Virus record (IMG/VR): IMGVR_UViG_3300011441_000023
Span: 1-39,676 of that record
DNA from: a virus
Lineage: Duplodnaviria > Caudoviricetes
Length of the DNA stretch: 39,676 nucleotides
Strand: one strand, 5' to 3'
A program made the position numbers and the translations under genes. Positions 32,208 to 39,676 of this stretch are shown piece by piece. Position 1 is the stretch's first letter; each line of letters begins with the position of its first letter. Below the pieces are notes generated by a model. The model worked only from the letters and a program-made list of their open reading frames with translations. It made no database searches and was not told the origin of the DNA.

Positions 32208-32593
32208 TTTTTTTCCTGCGCCGACTGCACCGTGTGCGCGTCCGCCTCCTTCGCCCCACACAGGCGGATGATGTCCCCCTTCACCACGGACGGCAGTCGC
32301 GCTTTCATCTCCGACGTGCACGGCAGGTCTTTCTCCGATCGCGCCGATTTCACGCCCCGCCAGTCGACGATTGCGTACTCGACAATCTCGGCGCTGTATT
32401 GGTGGTCATCCATTTTCTCGATCCGCTGATGTTGCTCCCAGACCGTCCTGATGCATCGCGCCCGAATCTTTTTCAGCTCCGCATCCGGCAACACGCGGAG
32501 CACGAAGACGGAGTCCATGCGCTCGCCCGTGCTGGGCTCGAGGGGCGAATATTCGAACGTCTGATCGTCTTCAATGATGGTCAGAAACGACAC
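32168..32593 (-). CDS. Tail assembly chaperone G
   Basis: Between tube and tape measure; IVDWRGV...LPCTSEMK; slippery GAA AAA AAA near the 3' end. Confidence 0.82.
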   Translation of the reverse strand: MSFLTIIEDDQTFEYSPLEPSTGERMDSVFVLRVLPDAELKKIRARCIRTVWEQHQRIEKMDDHQYSAEIVEYAIVDWRGVKSARSEKDLPCTSEMKARLPSVVKGDIIRLCGAKEADAHTVQSAQEKKPSKPTSTLSKVS

Positions 32594-32603
32594 GGGATCT
32601 CCT

Positions 32604-33677
32604 TTACGCGAACGCGTTGACCGAATTGACCATGATGCGCGTCAGCCGGAACGGCCGCACAAACGCCATGCCGGTCGGCGAGGTCGGCGCCAAGGCCGGC
32701 CGGAACTTTGCCACCGGCTTGACCTGCTCCGCACCCTGCGTGGCGCCGATCCAGCCGTCGTCCGTGAATTGCAGGTACGGGAACTGGAACAGAATCTTGT
32801 ACTGGTCGGTCGAGTTGATGAACGCCCCCGAGAACGTCCAGTCCGCTTTGAACGCCGTCCCCGAGCGGAGCGCGTTGTAGAGCGAGTTCGCGCTGACCGT
32901 GTTCATGCGCGGGTACTGGACCTCGATCTCGAACGTGGGGTGCCCGTTGTCGGCCGGCTCGTCCACGAAGTCCTGACTGTAGACGTGTGGCGCATCCTGC
33001 GGCCGGTCGAAGGCGAACCGGATCGACTGCGCCTTGATGGCATCGCCCGCCGCCAAGGCGCCGCCCGAGTTCAGGTTCATCCGGAACACGCCCTGCTGTT
33101 GCACGGCGCGGTTCGTGAACCCTGGGTAGGTCGCCCCCGCGAGCGTTGAATTGATGTTCACTGACGAGATGTTCGTCGGCTTGCTGCCGAGGAACTTGAA
33201 CATCGTGTTCATCGCGCCATTGTCTTCCTGCGTGATTTCAAACCCCTGCACTTTGGCGCTCGTCAGTTCTTCCACGAACTGGTTCTTGTCGATCGCGAGC
33301 GTGACGCCGAGCCCGTCGATCACATCAGCGAGATCAATCTGGTGCGTCCACGAGGTGGTCTGGCCTGCGGCGGAGGTCGAGATCGCGACCGTCGCCGGCG
33401 AGCCCATCGCGCACGCTTCGAGCACGTGCGCGTAATCGTCGTACCGCGTTCGGCCGGTCAACGACAATTCCGGCGCCTCCACGAGGCCGGGGTCAGACGG
33501 CCCGAGAAACGCCTGGTTGAAGGCGTTGTCGGTGATCCGAGCGACCTTGTATTGCAGGTTGCCATCGCTGTCGAAGTGATGGCCCTTCGTCACCGACGCC
33601 GCCACGCCCCACGAGTTCGTCCCGTATTTGGCGAACGCGAACTTCATCGAACGGCCGGTCTGTCCAATCGATGCCAT
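32604..33677 (-). CDS. Major tail tube protein
   Basis: 357 aa, beta-rich; position between terminator and chaperones; AGGAG RBS. Confidence 0.8.
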   Translation of the reverse strand: MASIGQTGRSMKFAFAKYGTNSWGVAASVTKGHHFDSDGNLQYKVARITDNAFNQAFLGPSDPGLVEAPELSLTGRTRYDDYAHVLEACAMGSPATVAISTSAAGQTTSWTHQIDLADVIDGLGVTLAIDKNQFVEELTSAKVQGFEITQEDNGAMNTMFKFLGSKPTNISSVNINSTLAGATYPGFTNRAVQQQGVFRMNLNSGGALAAGDAIKAQSIRFAFDRPQDAPHVYSQDFVDEPADNGHPTFEIEVQYPRMNTVSANSLYNALRSGTAFKADWTFSGAFINSTDQYKILFQFPYLQFTDDGWIGATQGAEQVKPVAKFRPALAPTSPTGMAFVRPFRLTRIMVNSVNAFA

Positions 33678-33686
33678 GTTCGTCTC

Positions 33687-34109
33687 CTAGATCGTCACTT
33701 CGTAATTCACTGGTAACTGCAGCCGAAGCACCGCAAATTCGGCGTTCGGTTGACGTACGATTTGTTGCGCGTTCCCGTCGTCGGGCACGAAGTATTCGCC
33801 CGAGTCGACAATCCCATCCCGAATGATCGAGGCCCGCAGACTGGTCGCGTCGGTCACGAGCGCCTTGTAGGCCGCCGGCGCGTCCCCGTTGTACTTGCGC
33901 GCCACCCAGATCGTCACGCGGTCGTTTCGCTCTTCGGCGAAGTTGAACCCGCCGAGAATCGGGCCGTCGCCGTATTCCAGCCGGAACACCCGATCGACCT
34001 GGCCGGATGGCTGCAGGTCAAACGAGAACGGCGTCACGGCCTGGTGAAACTCGAACGGCGTCCCCGCACAAACGGACGCAATGCGATCGAGGATGACGTC
34101 GGCCGTCAT
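33687..34109 (-). CDS. Putative tail terminator / neck protein
   Basis: 140 aa between adaptor and tube genes; ATGA-coupled. Confidence 0.6.
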   Translation of the reverse strand: MTADVILDRIASVCAGTPFEFHQAVTPFSFDLQPSGQVDRVFRLEYGDGPILGGFNFAEERNDRVTIWVARKYNGDAPAAYKALVTDATSLRASIIRDGIVDSGEYFVPDDGNAQQIVRQPNAEFAVLRLQLPVNYEVTI

Positions 34110-34966
34110 GCGCGCTCGAGCACCCACGGGCCGCCGCCCGCCTCTTCCGAGGTCTGCGCGGCTTCGTCCGGGCTCACTGTATCGCTGGCGTCGGTGTCGA
34201 ACTCCCCGCCGACAATCTGGAGCGCCCGCGAGAGCGCGTCATCGGCTTCCTGCTTGTAAAATTCCGCCTTCTCGCGCCACGGCCCTTCAGCCCCCGTCGG
34301 CGCTTCGGCCATGATGAGTTGGAGCGTCCGGAAGGCCGCCGGCGCGCGCAGACTCGACGCGCGAATCACCGACAGTTGACTCGCCAAGGCTGATGTTGGG
34401 GTCGCCGAGAGGACCACCTTCGCCCAGTAGAGCGCCGCCGAGCCGTTGACGACCCGCGTCATCCAGTCCACGGGCAGGAGCCACGTCACCGAGCCACCCG
34501 AGGACAGCGTCTTGCCGGCGGTCTGGATCGTCTTGTCGTCGATGGTCAACAGTTCCCAGTTGCCGTTCCAGTAGGAGACGGACATCACGCCGGCCGCCGT
34601 CGACACGGTATCAAGCAGGCGCCAGAACATGCCCAGGAACGGCTGCGATGAGCCGATGTAGAGCGCATCGCTCGCCGGGGTGGCGAAGAGGGTCGCCAGA
34701 TTCAGATCGTCAGTGGTGGAGTCCTGCAGCACGCCCGTGCGGTCGGTGTACGCGCTCGCCGTGTACGCAAAGGCCGCGTCCACGTCGTAGCGCGTCCGCA
34801 ATTTGTGCGGGTTGAAGCCACGGCTCTTCAGGATAGGGAACAGCCAGTCTTCGAGCGCCTTCGTCCGCTTGCCCTGCCAGGTGGTCTGGCCGAACCCCTC
34901 CACGACGGCCGCTTCGTAGTCGCGGAGATCGGCATCGGTGACGAGGTCGTTCGGGTGCCAGCTCAT
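34106..34966 (-). CDS. Head-tail adaptor with an inserted beta-sandwich domain
   Basis: N-terminal LVTDADLRDYE and C-terminal helical W.EKAEFY..E...AL flank DALYIGS...YWNG.W...GSVTW..P.DW...VNG...YW. Confidence 0.65.
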   Translation of the reverse strand: MSWHPNDLVTDADLRDYEAAVVEGFGQTTWQGKRTKALEDWLFPILKSRGFNPHKLRTRYDVDAAFAYTASAYTDRTGVLQDSTTDDLNLATLFATPASDALYIGSSQPFLGMFWRLLDTVSTAAGVMSVSYWNGNWELLTIDDKTIQTAGKTLSSGGSVTWLLPVDWMTRVVNGSAALYWAKVVLSATPTSALASQLSVIRASSLRAPAAFRTLQLIMAEAPTGAEGPWREKAEFYKQEADDALSRALQIVGGEFDTDASDTVSPDEAAQTSEEAGGGPWVLERA

Positions 34967-37900
34967 GCGCTGATTTCCTCCCGCTGTGCGACGGGCCGCA
35001 GATCATCCGGGTCGGTGACGAAGACGACGGGCGTCATCCCCTTCGCCATCTGCTCGACCTTGAACGCCATCAGGCGGGTGTATTCGGCGCCGTCTCTGAC
35101 CCAGAGCCGTTCAGGCCGCGCCTGGTGGCCGTTCATACCGCCCTGCTTGCCGGCCATTGCGATCTCTTGTTCCCAGCCGATGCCGAGATGCCGCAGGGCG
35201 CCTTCGTACCAGGGGCGTGCGAGCTTGTGGTACTTGTGGCCCGGATCGTCGAAGTGCTGGACGAACATCTGGATCGCGTGCGCGTAGCCTTCCTGGGCCC
35301 GTGTGGTCATCTGCCCGCCGTGCCGGGCGCGATGATGGTCGGACTGAATCACCGCCTCACGGATCTGAAGCACCTTCGAGAGCACGCGCTCCCCGAAGAC
35401 CTTCCCATCACGAATCAACAGTGGCAGGTTGCGCTCGACGCGCTTGCTTTCCCGGCCCTCTTCGGTCAGGTACCCGGTGTGCGCGATCTTCACGTCACCG
35501 ACTTGGAGTGTCGGATGGATGTCGCCGTTGGCATCGCCGTCCTGCGGCTGCTCGTGAATGCAGCCGTAGAACTGAATCCGCCCGGTGTTCCGGAACACCC
35601 GAACCGGGATGTCGGCGGTCGGCGCCGCATCGAGGTAGAGGTGCGTCTGGGGAATCACGAAGCCGTTAAACACGGCGCCCTCGAGGTACCGGCGCAGCCA
35701 GTACGCCTGGATCAACTGTTCGTCGGCGTCGATCCACAGGAACCAATCGCCGGTCGACTGGGCCAGCACGGTGTTGCGCGCGCCGGCGAATCCGTCGGGA
35801 TGGTCCGCGACGTCCGGCAGGTCCATGACCGTGGCGCCGTAACTCTTCGCGATCTTCTGGCTGTCGTCGGTCGAGCCCGTGTCCCCCACAATCAGTTCAT
35901 CGACGATCTTGTTAATGCTCCAGAGGCACCGCCCGAGGTCGTTTTCGGCGTCCTTGACGATCATCCCGACCGTGAGCTTCTGATACGGCCGCGTCTTGCG
36001 GATGCGGGCCTCGAGCGGACGGAATCCACACGCGCGCCCGGCTTCCTTCGTGTAGCGGATCAGCCAGTTGCCGAGGGGCGACCCGCGTTCGGTCACGCCT
36101 CCCGCGAGGTAGTCGGCCCAGAAGTGCGCCTTCGGCCCCCACACGGCGCGGAGATCGTCATGGTGGAACCGGTGCACATGACCCCGGCGCAAGGGGACCG
36201 CGTGCGGGCCTTTCGGGTAGAGCTCGGCGCAGGCGCCGTGCGGACAGGTGTAGACGACCTGTGCGCCGTCGACGAGCACCTCTTCCAGTCCGTCAATCAG
36301 GGCGCGGTAGTTACCGACGTGTTCGACGAACTCGCCGACGAAGAGGCCGTCGAAGTCGCGCATCTGCCCAGCGGCCCAGGCCAGCCAATCGGCGTGTAAC
36401 GTCTGCACGTCGAAGTCGTACACCGTGCACTGTTCGAACGTGCAACGGTCGCCCACGCCAGCCCGTTCGGCTCCGTCCTTGGCATGCTCGATATTCTTGG
36501 CCGAATAGTCCAGCCCGTGTACGTGGATGTGCGGGTGGGCCCGCGCCAACGAAATCGCAAACGAGCCATTGCCGCAGGCGACGTCGAGCACCTTCGTGGA
36601 CTTCTCGAAGATCGGCACGACGAGCTTAAACCGCCCCGACATCTCCGCCTCGACGAGCGGATCCTGAATCGCCGCTTCCCCATACTGCTCAGCGGTGTGA
36701 TCCTTGCCGGCGATGACGTGGCGGCAGAAGTCGTTCGCCTTGCCAGCCTCGTCGCTCGCAGGCGTCTTCTCCTGCAGAATCTCGGTCGCCACCATCTTGG
36801 CCGCGACGTGATCGTCCTCGTGGAGCAGCTGCCGCATCACGCGGACCTTGTTCGCCTCGTAGCGTTCCGTGAACCACGCCTCAACCTGGGTCTCCCACTG
36901 TTCGGCGAGCACGGCGTAGGTGTGATGCGCTGCGACGAACTTCCGGCCCTCCGTCTGGCTCTTGCGGTAGTCAAAGGAGTGCTTTGCGCACTGCTCGAGC
37001 TGGTCGATGACCGCCGCGATGCTGGCCTGCTGATACTCCGGCGCGCGATGGTCGCCCTTGATCAACACGCCACCTGGCACGGTTTCCGGCAGGGCGCCAC
37101 GGTACGACCCGACGAACGGCGTGCCGCAGGCTTGCGCCTCGATGGCCGCGATGCAGCTCGTCTCCGCAAACGACGACACGCCCGGGTACCACATCACCGC
37201 CGCCTCGGCGATTTCCTGATAGAGCTGGAACTTATTCAGCTCGCCAAGGTAGGTGATGCCACCCACGGCCTCGTTAACCGCCTTCAGCTTCGCGTCCCAC
37301 TGCTGGCACACGTCGGTCCAGCTCCCCGGCCCCTGGTCGTACATGGACGAGTAGCGGCAGACACGCACCGTCGCCTGTGGATGCTGTTTCTTGAGCTCGG
37401 GCCACATGGCGAGCAACGGCCCCAGCCCGCGTTCCGGCCGGCTGATGTGGATGATCCTGTTCGGATCTTTCGCCGCCGACGTTGGTACATGAGCGGGGTC
37501 GAAGCCGTTCCGCGTCACCCACCCGATGCCCTTCAGTTCGGGCTGGAGCTGTTCCCACTGCGACCGGTGATAGTCCGAGACGTAGCACAGATGGTCGTAG
37601 GCCCACGCGACCGACATGACGCCGGACTGCATCTGGCCCGGTACGAGCAGATCCTGATTCCACAGCAGACGCATCCGCGCGTACACGGTGTGCGGGCTGT
37701 AGGCCGCGAACATGCGCAAGGGGCAGACGACGTCCCACTCGATGAACTGATTCATCGTGGCGAACTCGTCGTAGCCGTGCCACTCAACGCCCGCGGTATC
37801 CGTGCCGTGCGCGTCCTCGGCGAGCTGCGTGGTGAAGATGTGCACATCGTGCCCACGTCCCGACAAGGCCCGCGCGAGCCCGAGACAGGCCGATTCAGAC

Positions 37901-37980
37901 CCGCCCAGTGAGGTGTCGCCAGCGATGACCGCCTTCGTGAACGGCACCGAGTCCACAATGAACGCCCAGGACAGCCTCAC
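34963..37980 (-). CDS. Tri-domain GT4 (GT-B) glycosyltransferase / SAM methyltransferase / GT2 (GT-A) glycosyltransferase, about 1005 aa
   Basis: GT4: LGGSESA, GHDVHIF, SRPERGL, ETSCIAAIEAQACGTP. MTase: VLDVACGNG, GLDYS, GEFVEHV. GT2: MIVKD...RCL.SI...DTGSTD, ARN, WIDADE, IHEQP, HTGY. GTGA-coupled start (alternative start 38001). Confidence 0.9.
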   Translation of the reverse strand: MRLSWAFIVDSVPFTKAVIAGDTSLGGSESACLGLARALSGRGHDVHIFTTQLAEDAHGTDTAGVEWHGYDEFATMNQFIEWDVVCPLRMFAAYSPHTVYARMRLLWNQDLLVPGQMQSGVMSVAWAYDHLCYVSDYHRSQWEQLQPELKGIGWVTRNGFDPAHVPTSAAKDPNRIIHISRPERGLGPLLAMWPELKKQHPQATVRVCRYSSMYDQGPGSWTDVCQQWDAKLKAVNEAVGGITYLGELNKFQLYQEIAEAAVMWYPGVSSFAETSCIAAIEAQACGTPFVGSYRGALPETVPGGVLIKGDHRAPEYQQASIAAVIDQLEQCAKHSFDYRKSQTEGRKFVAAHHTYAVLAEQWETQVEAWFTERYEANKVRVMRQLLHEDDHVAAKMVATEILQEKTPASDEAGKANDFCRHVIAGKDHTAEQYGEAAIQDPLVEAEMSGRFKLVVPIFEKSTKVLDVACGNGSFAISLARAHPHIHVHGLDYSAKNIEHAKDGAERAGVGDRCTFEQCTVYDFDVQTLHADWLAWAAGQMRDFDGLFVGEFVEHVGNYRALIDGLEEVLVDGAQVVYTCPHGACAELYPKGPHAVPLRRGHVHRFHHDDLRAVWGPKAHFWADYLAGGVTERGSPLGNWLIRYTKEAGRACGFRPLEARIRKTRPYQKLTVGMIVKDAENDLGRCLWSINKIVDELIVGDTGSTDDSQKIAKSYGATVMDLPDVADHPDGFAGARNTVLAQSTGDWFLWIDADEQLIQAYWLRRYLEGAVFNGFVIPQTHLYLDAAPTADIPVRVFRNTGRIQFYGCIHEQPQDGDANGDIHPTLQVGDVKIAHTGYLTEEGRESKRVERNLPLLIRDGKVFGERVLSKVLQIREAVIQSDHHRARHGGQMTTRAQEGYAHAIQMFVQHFDDPGHKYHKLARPWYEGALRHLGIGWEQEIAMAGKQGGMNGHQARPERLWVRDGAEYTRLMAFKVEQMAKGMTPVVFVTDPDDLRPVAQREEISA

Positions 37981-38579
37981 CACGGGAGTGGCCTCTGCCA
38001 CACCAGGCGGCCGTTGCCGTGCGGCGCGTCGTGCGCGATGTGGATCAGCTCGGGGACCATCGAGTCAATCGCGATCCGGCCTTCGCCAATCCCCTTCTGC
38101 GGGGGGAAATCGTCGATGAGGAGATAGCCGCCAGGCCGTAGGTACGGGAGATACCGCTCGAGGTCGCCCTTCGCATGGGCGGCATCGTGGTCCCCGTCGA
38201 TGTACAGGAGGTCGACGCTGTCGTGATGGAGGGGGATCTCCGCCTTCAACGAGTCGCCATGCACCACGGTCCACGCCACCCCGTATTGCGAGGCGAGCTC
38301 GCGATAGACGGGCAAGGGCCGTGACGGGTCGATGTCGACCGACACCAGGTGGCCGCCGCCGCGCTGCGCCATGTTGTGGATGAACGTGCAGCCCGAGACC
38401 GCCGTCGGTCCGACGCCAATCTCCAGAATCGTTTTCGCGGCGATGCACTCGGCGAAGAGCCAGAGCACCTGGGCGTAGCGCCGATTCGTCTCAGGGGCGT
38501 ACGCGCCGGCATGCTGGCCGCAGTAGGTGGCGAGGTAGTTGAGACACGCGGACCACGGATCGTAGGCGGCCGAGGTCAT
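37977..38579 (-). CDS. Class I SAM-dependent methyltransferase (Methyltransf_24-like)
   Basis: ILEIGVG, LVSVDID, GDSL, DLLYIDGDH, LRPGGYLLIDD. Confidence 0.88.
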   Translation of the reverse strand: MTSAAYDPWSACLNYLATYCGQHAGAYAPETNRRYAQVLWLFAECIAAKTILEIGVGPTAVSGCTFIHNMAQRGGGHLVSVDIDPSRPLPVYRELASQYGVAWTVVHGDSLKAEIPLHHDSVDLLYIDGDHDAAHAKGDLERYLPYLRPGGYLLIDDFPPQKGIGEGRIAIDSMVPELIHIAHDAPHGNGRLVWQRPLPW

Positions 38580-38785
38580 ACCTGCACCGCCTCCGCGCGC
38601 TTCCGCGTCGCCTTGGCCTGGAGCTGCTCGAGCTGCGCCTTCAGCGTGGCGTTCTCCGCCAGCAAGGTCTCGCGCTCGTCGAGTTGCGGCTGCACTTCGT
38701 CCCGAAAGACGCGCTGGCAGCGGCGTAGAAAATTGTCTTGAAAGGTGTGCGCCCGACAGAACTCCGCAATCAGCTCGTGGCCCAT
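38576..38785 (-). CDS. Small coiled-coil protein, 69 aa
   Basis: GAGGAG RBS; ATGA-coupled to the methyltransferase. Confidence 0.65.
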   Translation of the reverse strand: MGHELIAEFCRAHTFQDNFLRRCQRVFRDEVQPQLDERETLLAENATLKAQLEQLQAKATRKRAEAVQV

Positions 38786-38806
38786 GTGTCTCCTCAGAGA
38801 CGAACC

Positions 38807-38838
38807 CGAGGGGCTAGACCCGCAGGCCCAGCCCCTCG
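38807..38838 (-). terminator. Strong hairpin after the capsid stop (partial terminator or mRNA stabiliser)
   Basis: CGAGGGGCT/AGCCCCTCG stem, extendable to about 14 bp with G-U pairs on the minus strand; no clear U tract. Confidence 0.5.
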
Positions 38839-38849
38839 TCAGGTGGGTC

Positions 38850-39676
38850 TTACGCCGGTGAGTTGGTGCGCAGACGCGCCATCGCCGACGGGTGGAACAC
38901 TTCGCAGACGTAATCGCCGACGACCATACCCTTCCGGTTGTCGCCGCTCTTCCCCATCTCGACGTAGTTGAAGTTGCGGCTCTGCAGCGGGAGGACGCGG
39001 ATGCGCTCCCGCGGCACGATCAGGGCTTCACGGGCGGCCAGCGCGCGGCTCAGGAACACCGTGCACTGCCCGAACGGACCCGTGTAGTTCCGGATCACGC
39101 GCTTGAAGAGCTCGGACACGTTGCTGTCCTGCACCTTCGTGTCGTTCAGGTTCGAGATGTCGCGGAAGTACTGCGCGCCCGCGATGATCCCCCATGTCTC
39201 GGTCGTCGCCGCGCCGGCGTTGAAGGCGTTCATCATCGCGTCCCCGATGTAGGTGTGGGGATTCGCGGTGAAGCTGTTGTCCTGGACCGAGGAGTTGATC
39301 GCGGTCAACTGCGGCCGGATCCCCTGCATGGTGCGGGTGACGGTCGCCGTGCCCAGCGAGTTCGTGCCGTTCCAGTTGGACGTCAGGACGTCCGCCTCGA
39401 GGATGGCCGGCAGTTCCCGCAGGATCTTCGCGCGGGCGTTCTCGTAGGAGTCGAGGCCGTAGAGGTTCACGCCCTCCGCGGTCCCGGTCGCCCCGATTTC
39501 GATCTTGTAGTACCCGCACGTGTTCGCGCGCCGGTTGCCCAGCCGCGCCGTGTGCAGCCCCGCGTGCTCGTCGCCTTCCGGCGCGGTCGGGTTGCGGACC
39601 ACAATGGTCGAGCCCACGGCCAGCGAGCCGATGCCCTGCCCGTCGTAGTTGCGCGAGAACAGGATCGAGTTGCCGC
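38850..39676 (-). CDS. Major capsid protein, 3' part (joins 457->1)
   Basis: RANTCGYY, ELPAILEADVL, TRTMQGI, YTGPFG, MGKSGDNRKGMVVGDY..EV fit SU10/DUF5309-like capsids. Confidence 0.88.
   Translation of the reverse strand, partial: GNSILFSRNYDGQGIGSLAVGSTIVVRNPTAPEGDEHAGLHTARLGNRRANTCGYYKIEIGATGTAEGVNLYGLDSYENARAKILRELPAILEADVLTSNWNGTNSLGTATVTRTMQGIRPQLTAINSSVQDNSFTANPHTYIGDAMMNAFNAGAATTETWGIIAGAQYFRDISNLNDTKVQDSNVSELFKRVIRNYTGPFGQCTVFLSRALAAREALIVPRERIRVLPLQSRNFNYVEMGKSGDNRKGMVVGDYVCEVFHPSAMARLRTNSPA
39554..39676. repeat. Direct terminal repeat, right copy
   Basis: Identical to 1-123. Confidence 0.95.

Noticed and set aside
39554-39676. 123-bp terminal repeat as physical genome ends
   Set aside because: It falls mid-capsid gene, far from terS; best explained as the overlap of a circular assembly.

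Overview
The window is an apparently complete, circular, GC-rich temperate tailed phage genome of siphovirus-like layout. Bases 1-123 equal 39554-39676, giving a 39,553-bp unit, and the join falls inside the major capsid gene. Almost all genes are on the minus strand, in this transcription order: cro and the early recombination/replication genes (ERF, YqaJ, HNH, DUF1376 initiator, VRR-NUC); an uncharacterised pre-terminase cluster; terS, terL, portal, Mu-F-like, methyltransferase, Mu-G-like, scaffold, capsid; a methyltransferase and a GT4-methyltransferase-GT2 fusion; adaptor, tail terminator, tube, G/GT chaperones, tape measure and tail proteins; then a lysis region (holin, M15 endolysin, two clan GH-A-like hydrolases, membrane proteins and a lipoprotein). 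The plus strand carries the cI-like repressor, a tyrosine integrase and an intact attP matching the 3' half of tRNA-Arg(CCG). The strongest leads are: (1) a glycosylation/methylation enzyme set embedded in the head genes; (2) a pre-terminase module built around an 11x W-x-x-[PA]-L-[SAG]-E-P repeat protein, possibly a ruler for an appendage; (3) a multi-stem candidate ncRNA at 11475-11604; (4) a (GAAC)19 tract that acts as a potential phase-variable frame switch. All family calls come from reading motifs by eye; no database search was run.
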